IMG/VR virus record: IMGVR_UViG_3300027816_000057
Direction: 5' to 3' (one strand)
From: a virus
DNA length: 64,000 bases
How positions within the stretch are numbered: the first letter of the stretch is position 1; the number at the start of each line of letters is the position of its first letter. Of this stretch, positions 1-9,203 are shown in pieces. The position numbers and the translations under genes are program-made. The notes beneath the pieces are model-generated. The model did not search any database. It was not told where the DNA came from and was given only the letters and a program-made list of their open reading frames with translations.

Positions 1-1
1 A

Positions 2-268
2 GAGCCGGTTGTAGTAACATCTTTAAAAACACTAGAGCTAGCCGTATCTTATGATGTAAAAGAAATTTACTATTATGTATACAATATACATGAATTAATT
101 AATTCAAATAAAGAAAAAACAGAAATCTTAAAACGTCCAAATATCAAATATTTTACTCGAAATAAAGACTACTATGATGTGCTTGAAAAACATTTTCATT
201 TAAAAGTTTCTAAAGTTTTTGTACCAGATTTTAATATGAATCAAATGGAAAAAGCATTAAGCGAATAA
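2..268 (+). CDS. 3' part of a gene running off the left edge (hypothetical)
   Basis: Open frame 2 from base 2 (EPVVVTSLKTL...MEKALSE) to TAA at 266-268; AAGGA RBS for the next gene follows. Confidence 0.6.
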   Translation, partial: EPVVVTSLKTLELAVSYDVKEIYYYVYNIHELINSNKEKTEILKRPNIKYFTRNKDYYDVLEKHFHLKVSKVFVPDFNMNQMEKALSE

Positions 269-281
269 TAAAAGGATATAA

Positions 282-1169
282 ATGAAACTAAAAATAAAAG
301 AGTTACGAGATTGGGCGAATAACGCGGTTCAAAATAATTTAATAAGTCTTCAAGTAGACGCAGCTAATATGTCTAAAAAAGACTTACAGAAATTATATGA
401 AACATATAATCCTCCAACAGCGGTAGAGCAATCAGTAGGTCAGGCATCAAATATTGTACCAACTGATAGTAATACTCAGACCTTACCTGAACCGACAGAC
501 CCAATTGTTATACCATCTATTGATTCAGAAGAATGGACCCCTTTTATTCTGTCTAGACTACGAGAAAAAGAACAATTTACTGATGAAAATGGTACCGTTT
601 TTCCTACAAGCGATGGTTTACGAAGATTATTTGAACTATATATTGGCCCTATAATTAATCTAGATGTAGATGTTAAACAAACTCCAGAACCATCCAACGA
701 AAGACGAGCAACTGTTGTAGTTAAAATTTTATATCGAAAAAATAATACATTACACTCTATATCTGACGCATCTGATTGTTACGCGGGTAATAATACCTAT
801 CCTTATTCTAACTATCCGGTTGCTACATCGGTAACGATGGCTGAGTCCCGATGCCTCCGTAAAGGGCTACGATTGACTAAGATAATTTCTGCCGACGAAG
901 CCCGACTTCCAGATAAAGAAGTCTCGGAAGCTTTTATGGCGAGCAATGAAAAGATTACAGGCAATCAGAAAAACGCCATTAATAATTTATGCCACAAGCT
1001 AAATATAAATACAGAAAAATTCCTATTATCTGTTGAAGAATTAAAAAGTAATACACTAGACAATATGAGTTACGAGCAGGGTTCTTTAGCGTTAAAAGAA
1101 ATCATGGCTTATAATAAAGGTAAAATAATACCGGAGAATTTATTAAATGACGACAATGCAACGAATTGA
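282..1169 (+). CDS. Rad52/Sak-like single-strand annealing protein (recombinase)
   Basis: PTSDGLRRL, RATVVVKI and ATSVTMAESRCLRKGL resemble the Rad52/22-type A.T.A..R..R helix; adjacent to an SSB. Confidence 0.6.
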   Translation: MKLKIKELRDWANNAVQNNLISLQVDAANMSKKDLQKLYETYNPPTAVEQSVGQASNIVPTDSNTQTLPEPTDPIVIPSIDSEEWTPFILSRLREKEQFTDENGTVFPTSDGLRRLFELYIGPIINLDVDVKQTPEPSNERRATVVVKILYRKNNTLHSISDASDCYAGNNTYPYSNYPVATSVTMAESRCLRKGLRLTKIISADEARLPDKEVSEAFMASNEKITGNQKNAINNLCHKLNINTEKFLLSVEELKSNTLDNMSYEQGSLALKEIMAYNKGKIIPENLLNDDNATN

Positions 1170-1743
1170 ATATAGTATCTATAAACCATATCAAGGCAAA
1201 GGCGGTATGGCTAAAATCTCTTTTTCTCAAAAAAATAATTGTTTCTTTTTAGAGATGGCACCGGAAAAACCGGATGAAGAAAAAAGATTTGACTACGATA
1301 AAAAAGTCAATTTTAAATTAGAATTAAATGATCTCGGAGATATCCTTCTTGTTTTAAATAGACAAAAGGCGGGTCTAGGAGCATTAAAAGAAGGAAAATG
1401 GGGCGGTTTATACCATAAAGGTAAAGATAGTTCATCTTTTATGAATTTTTCCGTTTTATATGAAAAAGATACCGATACACCTAGAGGTCTTGCTTTAGGT
1501 TTAGGTAGAACACAAAATAATGAAACCAACAAAGTTTCTATCGGTGTCTCTTTTGCTGAAGCGGCGATTTTATTAGAATTTATTCGATCATATCTTCCAA
1601 ATATGTTCGTTACAGAATCTGACGTAACAGCAAAACCTGATACATCTAGTAAAGAAAAACCTAAGACGGTTAAAAAAGCCACAGAAAAAGAAGGATCGAC
1701 TTCATCTGTAAAAGCTGGACAAGACGACGACATACCTTTTTAA
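1147..1743 (+). CDS. single-stranded DNA-binding protein, Whirly/PC4-like fold, acidic DDDIPF tail
   Basis: C-terminal DDDIPF; YSIYK, RFDYDKKVNFKL and GVSFAEAAIL align by eye with plant Whirly motifs. Confidence 0.7.
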   Translation: MTTMQRIEYSIYKPYQGKGGMAKISFSQKNNCFFLEMAPEKPDEEKRFDYDKKVNFKLELNDLGDILLVLNRQKAGLGALKEGKWGGLYHKGKDSSSFMNFSVLYEKDTDTPRGLALGLGRTQNNETNKVSIGVSFAEAAILLEFIRSYLPNMFVTESDVTAKPDTSSKEKPKTVKKATEKEGSTSSVKAGQDDDIPF

Positions 1744-1746
1744 AAA

Positions 1747-2565
1747 ATGGAAAATAAATTTTTAGACTCACATAATCACCTGTACTATGAAAACAGGTGG
1801 TTATCATTTTCAGATATTGAGTTAGTCCCTCAATTTACTCAAATTACAAATACTGCTGATATAAATACATCATCTTATTTTAAAAATCAAGGATATAGAT
1901 ATCCTTATTACAAGATTTGTAATGACCATAATGAATATCTAGAAAATGTTAAAAAAGGATATATGTCGTTTTTATCTCCATATGGATATTCCGGTCAATC
2001 AAATTTTATTGATTCATTAGTAAAAATTAAAAAAGATACAAAGACTTGCAATTTTATAATAGGTTTAAATAAAAACGACGCTAATGTAATTGACCATATA
2101 TCTAATCTGATTGAAAAAGATAGTATTAATCCAACGGTTTTTATTAGCTCAGATGACTTTGGCGATAGCGACGAAATGATAAGCCAAATTAGGCATCTTC
2201 GACTAAAATACAAACAAAACATTGATATAATAGCCGGATATATTTCAGCACCATTTACCGTTATGAAAGCTATAGATTTAGGTGTTGACGGAATAGTTTT
2301 TTCAAATGATCATACTAAATGTGATTTAACGGGGCAATTAAAAATATTTAATTCTATTTACAGTAAACAGGCAAATACAAAACTATTTGTCTCTTACTTA
2401 GATCAATATAAAGATATTGATATATTAGCTGCTGGTGCTGATTTTATTTCTCAGGAATCAGTATACGATTCTAATATTGAAAGACTTAAAGCTGATATGA
2501 AAAAATATAATTGTAAAACTGTCGGAGAAATTTATAATAAAACCAAATTCAGGGTCATAAAATGA
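1747..2565 (+). CDS. degenerate IMP dehydrogenase/GMP reductase-like TIM barrel
   Basis: LSFSDIELVP, IIAGYISA...AIDLGVDGI, ILAAGADFI and CKTVGEIYNKTKF match the IMPDH scaffold; catalytic GPGSICTT and DGG motifs absent. Confidence 0.65.
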   Translation: MENKFLDSHNHLYYENRWLSFSDIELVPQFTQITNTADINTSSYFKNQGYRYPYYKICNDHNEYLENVKKGYMSFLSPYGYSGQSNFIDSLVKIKKDTKTCNFIIGLNKNDANVIDHISNLIEKDSINPTVFISSDDFGDSDEMISQIRHLRLKYKQNIDIIAGYISAPFTVMKAIDLGVDGIVFSNDHTKCDLTGQLKIFNSIYSKQANTKLFVSYLDQYKDIDILAAGADFISQESVYDSNIERLKADMKKYNCKTVGEIYNKTKFRVIK

Positions 2566-2897
2566 AACATTTATCATATAATAAAGTTGAATTAAAAGAA
2601 AACATGATAGTCTATCAAATGATGATAGAAGCAAACGGCAATCCAGTATTATTAGAATACAAAGTAACAGAATTATTATTAAATAACAAAATTAAAATTA
2701 AATTCGAAAAAGATATCGATGGTTCAAAAATAACAGAAGAAAAAGAAGTTGACACAGGAAATGTTCACACAAACGGCGGCGAGTTAATCAATATATGGAT
2801 CGAATCTACACGAAAAAAACTACAGCTTACACAAGATTTAATAACCAAACTGGAAAACATGCTTATAAACTCTTCTCAAAAAGAAGTAGAAATATAA
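2562..2897 (+). CDS. hypothetical protein
   Basis: ATGA overlap with the upstream gene; 111-aa ORF. Confidence 0.6.
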   Translation: MKHLSYNKVELKENMIVYQMMIEANGNPVLLEYKVTELLLNNKIKIKFEKDIDGSKITEEKEVDTGNVHTNGGELINIWIESTRKKLQLTQDLITKLENMLINSSQKEVEI

Positions 2898-3739
2898 TGT
2901 TGACTAATATAATCTTTAGTAAAGATCGACCTTGGCAGTTATCTGAGTATCTAAGAACTAGAAAAAAATATATCACTGGAATAGATTCTACATTTATAAT
3001 ATATAAAGCATCTACACAAGAAACTAAAAATAGATATACCAAGCTTTTTAAGAGGCATCCCGAAATTCACGCACTAGAAGAAAATGATTTATACTCATTT
3101 GCTGATCTACTCGAAACCTCGATTAAAAACAGCTATGAGTTTATTCTATTTGGTGTAGACGATGTTCTATTTTATAAACCGGTTGATCTTGGATTTTTAG
3201 TTAAAACCGCTTTGAAGTCTCAATATAATAAAGCATTTTCATTAAGTTTGAGATTAGGTCTTAATATTAACTGGTGTCAACCAGCCAATTCACCATCAAA
3301 ATTACTTGAATCTAACTATAAAATAGATCATAATTTAATCTGTTATTCAAATGTTTATAATCAAGGAGACTGGAATTATCCTTTTGAGGTTTCCGCCTCT
3401 GTCTATCGGAAAGGCGATATAGTAGATTTGCTAAGATTAATCTCTGACAAAGAAGGAAAAATCGGTTACTCACATCCAAATAGATTTGAAGCTGCTGGTG
3501 CTTTAATATGTCAAAATTTAAATTTTCTTAATTTAGCAACCGTTCAAAGTTGTTGCTCTACAATTACTATTAATAGAGTCCAAGATATATATCAAAACTC
3601 TTTAGCGGGACAAGAAGTAGATTTAAATACAACTAATGAATTATTTGATTCTCTACAACAATTTGACGACGAATGGTACGGTAGTCAAAAATTTAATCAA
3701 ATCCATATAGGAGATTTTCGACTTGTGCAAAGTTGTTAA
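2897..3739 (+). CDS. putative GT-A glycosyltransferase
   Basis: IIFSKDRP start, FGVDD (DxD-like), WNYP and PNRFE; probable start is ATG 2897 (TAATG overlap) rather than 2795. Confidence 0.55.
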   Translation: MLTNIIFSKDRPWQLSEYLRTRKKYITGIDSTFIIYKASTQETKNRYTKLFKRHPEIHALEENDLYSFADLLETSIKNSYEFILFGVDDVLFYKPVDLGFLVKTALKSQYNKAFSLSLRLGLNINWCQPANSPSKLLESNYKIDHNLICYSNVYNQGDWNYPFEVSASVYRKGDIVDLLRLISDKEGKIGYSHPNRFEAAGALICQNLNFLNLATVQSCCSTITINRVQDIYQNSLAGQEVDLNTTNELFDSLQQFDDEWYGSQKFNQIHIGDFRLVQSC

Positions 3740-4043
3740 TTTAAGAAAAGAAAAATATACAGTATATTGTGGTAGACCCGGTAAAGGAATAACGTATGCA
3801 CCATTTGGAAATCAATTTATTGTAGGTAAAGACGGAGAACGAGGTGAATGTCGAGAAAAGTTTCGACAATATCTGTTGTCTAACGATAATAAATCTAATA
3901 ACTTATTAGATATAATAAAAAAAATTATCAAAAAAGATGATATCTTGGGATGTTTCTGTGGTGCCGGTAAATGTCATGCTGATTTTATCGCTGCATACGT
4001 TAATTCAGATTTTGATATTGAATCAATAAGAAAAGAACCATGA
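3723..4043 (+). CDS. DUF4326-family protein
   Basis: VY(C)GRP, FGNQF and LGCFC...CHAD signature. Confidence 0.75.
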   Translation: MCKVVNLRKEKYTVYCGRPGKGITYAPFGNQFIVGKDGERGECREKFRQYLLSNDNKSNNLLDIIKKIIKKDDILGCFCGAGKCHADFIAAYVNSDFDIESIRKEP

Positions 4044-4930
4044 AACAAGTTATAACCTCTACGGACTTAAATAAAGATTATTCTTTTTTTATTCCTATTA
4101 TTTATTTTGCTTGGAAAAATTTAGGATACGATTTAAATCTATTTATTAATTGCAGTGTCAGTAATTTAATGGCAAAAAATAATGAAATTCTATTTAAAGT
4201 TTTGAATGAATTAAAAATTAAAAGTATATTCTTACATAATAAAGATTACAATATTCCGCAAGAATACAGTTGGTCGCTATCGCCATTTTCTAGATTATTT
4301 GGCTGCTATTTTGATTTACCGGACAATGATTATCTATTGACTACCGATATCGACATGATACCATTAGACAGCAAATGGTTCAACAGTATCGACGAAAATA
4401 AAATAAATATTTATGGTGAGGACGGATCAACCGGCGGATATGGGCATTCGAGATATCCGATTTGTTATATAGGAATGACGGTGGGTAAATGGAAAAATCT
4501 TATAGGATATGATGTAAAAAAAACACTAAACGAGACAATTAATTATAAATTATCCAACATTCCAAAAACTCTTACTGAAGGACAGTGGCGAAGTTTAGAT
4601 GAAACCTATTTTCATTATTTATTTAGAGATTTAGCATCAGATGAAATGAGAAAATCAGCTATTTTCTATTTTAGATACATGATTCCTAATCCAGCATTTA
4701 AGGGGCATGATAATAAAACCCCATTTATTTTACCAGCAGGAAGAATAGACAGATCAAATTGGGATTTGTCTATGTTACCAACTGCTATTGACGCTCATTG
4801 CCCTAGACCCGGATATAATGATGAAAACTGGTCAAAAATATTACCGATATTAGAAAAATGTTTAACAGATGATCAGTTAAAATATACTAAAAACTATAGA
4901 GAGGAATTTATAAAATGGACTTCCGTCTAG
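4040..4930 (+). CDS. putative nucleotide-diphospho-sugar transferase
   Basis: RLF...LLTTDIDMIP (DxD), YPICYIG, RIDRSNW, IDAH; glycan-island context. Confidence 0.55.
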   Translation: MKQVITSTDLNKDYSFFIPIIYFAWKNLGYDLNLFINCSVSNLMAKNNEILFKVLNELKIKSIFLHNKDYNIPQEYSWSLSPFSRLFGCYFDLPDNDYLLTTDIDMIPLDSKWFNSIDENKINIYGEDGSTGGYGHSRYPICYIGMTVGKWKNLIGYDVKKTLNETINYKLSNIPKTLTEGQWRSLDETYFHYLFRDLASDEMRKSAIFYFRYMIPNPAFKGHDNKTPFILPAGRIDRSNWDLSMLPTAIDAHCPRPGYNDENWSKILPILEKCLTDDQLKYTKNYREEFIKWTSV

Positions 4931-5190
4931 AATCAGCTTTACAAAAAGAAAATATTAAACAGATAAAGTCTTACAGAAAAATGATAGATCAGTGTAAAAA
5001 TGGTACTTTAAAAAATGAATATACTTTTATATCTGATATATCAAGCTTTTTTCAAATTTTTAACTTAATCGAGAAAAAGGAATATAAAAAAGCTCTTTCA
5101 AATTTACAAAATTTAGATAGTGAACCGAGAGATGAATTCCCAAGCAGAATATGGGATTTGCTACATAAAATTAATGGCGAAGAATATTAA
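4915..5190 (+). CDS. hypothetical protein
   Basis: 91-aa ORF in the operon with a GAGG RBS. Confidence 0.55.
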   Translation: MDFRLESALQKENIKQIKSYRKMIDQCKNGTLKNEYTFISDISSFFQIFNLIEKKEYKKALSNLQNLDSEPRDEFPSRIWDLLHKINGEEY

Positions 5191-5191
5191 T

Positions 5192-5797
5192 ATGAATTTT
5201 GATATAGTTGTAGTTTCTAATACGCATCGTAAATCTTTAATTAGTCCATATTTAGATAAATTAAATGTAAAATATCATACGGTTTTTACCCCTGATTATA
5301 ATTTAGAACCCGATTTTCAGGTTAAAAATGAATATAAAAAACTGGTAGCCAATCATTTAGGTGCTTATCGTTGTCTACGGGGGCATCAGCTAGCATTACA
5401 ACATAGTACAAAAGAATTAACTTTAGTATTTGAAGATGATGCGGTACCTAACAGAGAAGACTGGCTAAAATATATTCAAACTTTTATTCATCATTTTAAT
5501 GATGAAAACTGGCTTGAATGTATAAGTTTACATGGGCGTATGTTTGATAGAAAACATTTTACATCAACCAGTAATAATAAAGAAATACTATATCCTATAG
5601 GTACTCCGTTTATTGTGGCGGGTTTAGCTTATTTTATTAATAAATCCGGAAAAGAAAAAGTTTTAAATCACAAATACGACGGTCTACCATTAGACTTACT
5701 TTTATATTGGAAACTAAACTATATATTAGTCGATCCAAGTCCGTTTGATCACGATCGCTCGGAAGGTTCTTTAATAGATGTTGGAATTTATGGATAA
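5192..5797 (+). CDS. glycosyltransferase family 25
   Basis: GAYRCLRGH, LVFEDDA, GLAYFINKSG and PLDLLL motifs; probable start 5192. Confidence 0.7.
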   Translation: MNFDIVVVSNTHRKSLISPYLDKLNVKYHTVFTPDYNLEPDFQVKNEYKKLVANHLGAYRCLRGHQLALQHSTKELTLVFEDDAVPNREDWLKYIQTFIHHFNDENWLECISLHGRMFDRKHFTSTSNNKEILYPIGTPFIVAGLAYFINKSGKEKVLNHKYDGLPLDLLLYWKLNYILVDPSPFDHDRSEGSLIDVGIYG

Positions 5798-6005
5798 TGA
5801 TAATGTTAAAATTTATTCAGATAAAGAAAGAATTGAATATCTTAGAAAATATTTAATAAACGCTAATAAAGCATATTATCAAGATGGCGAACCTGTAATG
5901 ACAGATCAAATGTATGATAGACTATTAAAAGAATTAGAAAAACTAGAACTAAAGAATCCTGAATTATACGATCCTAATTCCCCGACTAAAAAAGTAGGAC
6001 ACTAA
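5790..6005 (+). CDS. stand-alone NAD+-dependent DNA ligase domain Ia (Nlig-Ia)
   Basis: YY.DGEPVMTD.MYDRLLKEL..LE..NPEL..PNSPT..VG matches the LigA N-terminus; stop immediately after. Confidence 0.85.
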   Translation: MDNDNVKIYSDKERIEYLRKYLINANKAYYQDGEPVMTDQMYDRLLKELEKLELKNPELYDPNSPTKKVGH

Positions 6006-6829
6006 TGATACATCCAAAAATAAGAGATAAAAACTTCGCTCATATAAAAAACGCCGGTTATTATGACAATAAAATTGTGTCAAAATATATTGATTGGTAT
6101 AGAGGAGACGAATATCGAGATACCTGCTTTTTTACAGATATATGTCTAACTGAAGTAGATTCCATTCAAGCTAAAACAAAAGTAGCATGGCTTTTAGAGC
6201 CTCCTGCTATTATTGGCGGAAGTTATCAATATATTTTACAAAATCATCATAAATTTGATTATATATTAAGCTTTGTACGAGACTTAGATAAGTATATTCC
6301 AAAAGAAAAACTACTCTTTTATCCGATGGGCGGCTGTTGGATAGAGCCAGAAATCCGACAAATATATTCAAAGACCGCCAAACTCTCTATGATCGCCAGT
6401 AATAAAACTTGGACGGTCGGACATCGTTTGAGACACGAAATAGCGGCAAGATATCCGGGTCAAATAGATTTATTTGGGCGTGGTTACAAAGAAATACTGT
6501 CTAAAAGTGAAGCTCTAAAAAATCATATGTATTCTATTTGCGTTATGAATTCACAAATAGATGATTATTTTACCGATGTTGTAATAGACGCTTTTGCTTG
6601 CGGCACTATCCCTATTTTTTGGGGCACTAATAATCTTGGAAAATATTTTAACTCAAAAGGATTTTATAAGTTTAATACACTAGAAGAATTAGACGTAATT
6701 TTAGATTCTATTTCCGAAGCGGATTATTATTCTAAAATGGAATATATTATGGATAATTTTCAAAGAGTGCAAAACTTTAACACTCCAGAAGATTATATGT
6801 ACGAGAACTATCAACATTTATTTTTATGA
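6005..6829 (+). CDS. GT10 (alpha-1,3-fucosyltransferase-like) glycosyltransferase
   Basis: IASNK, GHRLR, IDLFGRG, MYSICVMNS..DDYFT, GTIPIFWG. Confidence 0.7.
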   Translation: MIHPKIRDKNFAHIKNAGYYDNKIVSKYIDWYRGDEYRDTCFFTDICLTEVDSIQAKTKVAWLLEPPAIIGGSYQYILQNHHKFDYILSFVRDLDKYIPKEKLLFYPMGGCWIEPEIRQIYSKTAKLSMIASNKTWTVGHRLRHEIAARYPGQIDLFGRGYKEILSKSEALKNHMYSICVMNSQIDDYFTDVVIDAFACGTIPIFWGTNNLGKYFNSKGFYKFNTLEELDVILDSISEADYYSKMEYIMDNFQRVQNFNTPEDYMYENYQHLFL

Positions 6830-7368
6830 AATATGAAATTGATACAATAGACGAGTATTTTAAAAATATATTAGACGGAATATGTTTTGGAATAAAACCT
6901 AGAAAAATTCTAGAAACTGGTATTAGATCAGGATTAAGTACATCCGTATTTTTAAAATACATTAATGATAATGGAACTTTAATATCTGTTGATCGAGATT
7001 CTAAAAGTCCTTTTTTGTTTAATTATCAACCAGTAAAAAACCATCAAATTATAATAAAAGATTCTTTAGACTTTTTATCAACTAGCGAAGATACTTTTGA
7101 TCTTATCTTTCTTGACGATTGGCATTCAAAAGATCATGTTTTAAAAGAAATAGAATTATGCGAAAACTTGATACATGAAAGATCGTTAATATTAATTCAT
7201 GATGCTATGTGGGGATGCATTGATCCAAAGTATAATTTTAGTAATCATAATCCTGAATTTGCTGATGGCGGCGTAGCTGCAGCTTTATTAGATTTAGACA
7301 GAAAAAAATGGGAATTCTGCACTATACCTTTTAGTCATGGAATAACAATATTAAGGAAAATACAATGA
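6826..7368 (+). CDS. class I SAM methyltransferase (Methyltransf_24-like)
   Basis: ILETGIRSGLST, FDLIFLDDWH, ILIHD. Confidence 0.8.
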   Translation: MKYEIDTIDEYFKNILDGICFGIKPRKILETGIRSGLSTSVFLKYINDNGTLISVDRDSKSPFLFNYQPVKNHQIIIKDSLDFLSTSEDTFDLIFLDDWHSKDHVLKEIELCENLIHERSLILIHDAMWGCIDPKYNFSNHNPEFADGGVAAALLDLDRKKWEFCTIPFSHGITILRKIQ

Positions 7369-8345
7369 ATTGTTTAGTAGCTGGCGGCGGTGGATTTATC
7401 GGAGGACATTTAGTAAAATCTTTAAAAGAAAGAGGCGATAGCGTTACTGTTGTAGATATTAAATCTATGAGTAATTGGTATCAACCGTTCTATGGTAATT
7501 CTAACATAAGAAATATAGACAACTGCGACTTAAAAAATCAAAATGTTTACGATAATATTTTTCGCGGAACTCGTTATGATATTATTTACAATTTAGCAGC
7601 GGATATGGGAGGAATGGGTTTTATCGAAAATAATAAAACCGCCTGTATGCTGTCGGTATTAATTAATACTAATTTATTAATGGCGGCAAAAACCTTTCAG
7701 GTTAAAAAGTTTCTCTTTTCATCTTCTGCTTGCGTTTACGCTCATAATAAACAAACCGATTCAACAAATCCCGGTCTAAAAGAAGAAGACGCTTATCCAG
7801 CAATGGCCGAAGATGGATACGGTTGGGAAAAATTGTTTAGCGAAAGAATGTGTAATCATTTTTATCAGGATCACGGATTAGAAATCACTGTTCCTCGTTA
7901 TCACAACGTTTTCGGAATTGACGGAACATATACAGGGGGAAGAGAAAAAGCTCCTGCAGCTATTTGTAGAAAAGTAGCTAACGCGGTATTAACCGGAAAG
8001 CACGAAATTGAGATTTGGGGCGACGGTGAACAAACCCGTTCTTTTATGTATGTAGACGATTGCATCCAAGGTATCCATAAATTAGTTGAATCAAACTATA
8101 GACAACCTATTAATCTCGGATCATCCGAAATGGTAAGTATTAATCAAATGGTTACTATGGTAGAAGAAATAGCTGGAGTCAAACTAAATCGTGTCTATAA
8201 ACTAGACGCACCCAAGGGTGTTCGCGGTAGAAACAGTGATAACACTTTGATTAAATCAGTATTAAACGGTTGGGAGCCATCTATTAAATTAAGAGACGGT
8301 TTAGAAAAAACCTACAAATGGATTTACGATCAATTAAAAGTATAA
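7365..8345 (+). CDS. GDP-mannose 3,5-epimerase-like NAD-dependent epimerase
   Basis: GGGGFIG, NLAADMGGMGFI, SSSACVY, YGWEKL, GGREKAPAAICRK and GVRGRNSDNTLI are characteristic of GME. Confidence 0.85.
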   Translation: MNCLVAGGGGFIGGHLVKSLKERGDSVTVVDIKSMSNWYQPFYGNSNIRNIDNCDLKNQNVYDNIFRGTRYDIIYNLAADMGGMGFIENNKTACMLSVLINTNLLMAAKTFQVKKFLFSSSACVYAHNKQTDSTNPGLKEEDAYPAMAEDGYGWEKLFSERMCNHFYQDHGLEITVPRYHNVFGIDGTYTGGREKAPAAICRKVANAVLTGKHEIEIWGDGEQTRSFMYVDDCIQGIHKLVESNYRQPINLGSSEMVSINQMVTMVEEIAGVKLNRVYKLDAPKGVRGRNSDNTLIKSVLNGWEPSIKLRDGLEKTYKWIYDQLKV

Positions 8346-8357
8346 TAAGGATATAAA

Positions 8358-9203
8358 ATGAAGTATTTAATTTTAGGATCAGAAGGACAGATAGGAAGTT
8401 CTCTATCTAAATATTTAACAGAATCTGGACATACGGTAAAAACTATTGATTATGTTAATAGTATTCATGAGGATTTAAGACTAAAAGATTCTACACTTCT
8501 TCATTCATATATGAACGAATGTGATTTTGTTTATTTTCTAGCTTTTGATGTTGGCGGAAGTAGATATCTTAAAAACTATCAATTTACTAAAGATTTTATT
8601 GATAATAATTTAGATATAATGCGTAATACATTTCAAATGCTAGATGAGCATAGTAAACCTTTTATTTTTACATCTAGCCAGATGTCTAATATGAATCATT
8701 CACCATACGGTGTTCTTAAAAGACTAGGAGAATTTTATACTGACGCCATAGGTGGAGTCAATGTAAAATTTTGGAATGTATTTGGAATAGAAAAAGATCG
8801 TGAAAAATCCCACGTTATTACCGATTTAATACTTAAGGGAATTAAAAATCAACGCATTGATCTTTTAACTGACGGAAAAGAAAAACGCCAAATGCTATAC
8901 GTTAAAGATTGTTGTCGTGCATTGTTTACATTAAGTCAAAAATACAATACCATAAAAGATAGAATTAATAAACCGGTATTGGATATAACTAATTTTAAAT
9001 GGAATACAATCGGAGAAATAGCTTATTTAATTTCTAAGCATATGAACAATATACCAGTTAATTTTAGTCATACATCAGACGATGTTCAAAAAGAAATATA
9101 TAATGAACCAAGTGCGGATATTTTAGAATATTGGCAACCGTTATTTAGTGTTGAAGATGGTATAAAAGAAATGGTAGATTATTATGTTAAGAGTCATTGG
9201 TAA
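8358..9203 (+). CDS. NAD-dependent epimerase/dehydratase (extended SDR)
   Basis: GSEGQIG Rossmann motif, YGVLK (YxxxK), NVFG, RQMLYVKD. Confidence 0.75.
   Translation: MKYLILGSEGQIGSSLSKYLTESGHTVKTIDYVNSIHEDLRLKDSTLLHSYMNECDFVYFLAFDVGGSRYLKNYQFTKDFIDNNLDIMRNTFQMLDEHSKPFIFTSSQMSNMNHSPYGVLKRLGEFYTDAIGGVNVKFWNVFGIEKDREKSHVITDLILKGIKNQRIDLLTDGKEKRQMLYVKDCCRALFTLSQKYNTIKDRINKPVLDITNFKWNTIGEIAYLISKHMNNIPVNFSHTSDDVQKEIYNEPSADILEYWQPLFSVEDGIKEMVDYYVKSHW

Noticed and set aside
5790-6829. Frameshifted full-length NAD+-dependent DNA ligase
   Set aside because: The downstream sequence encodes an intact GT10-like protein, and I saw no KxDG adenylation motif in the ORFs there
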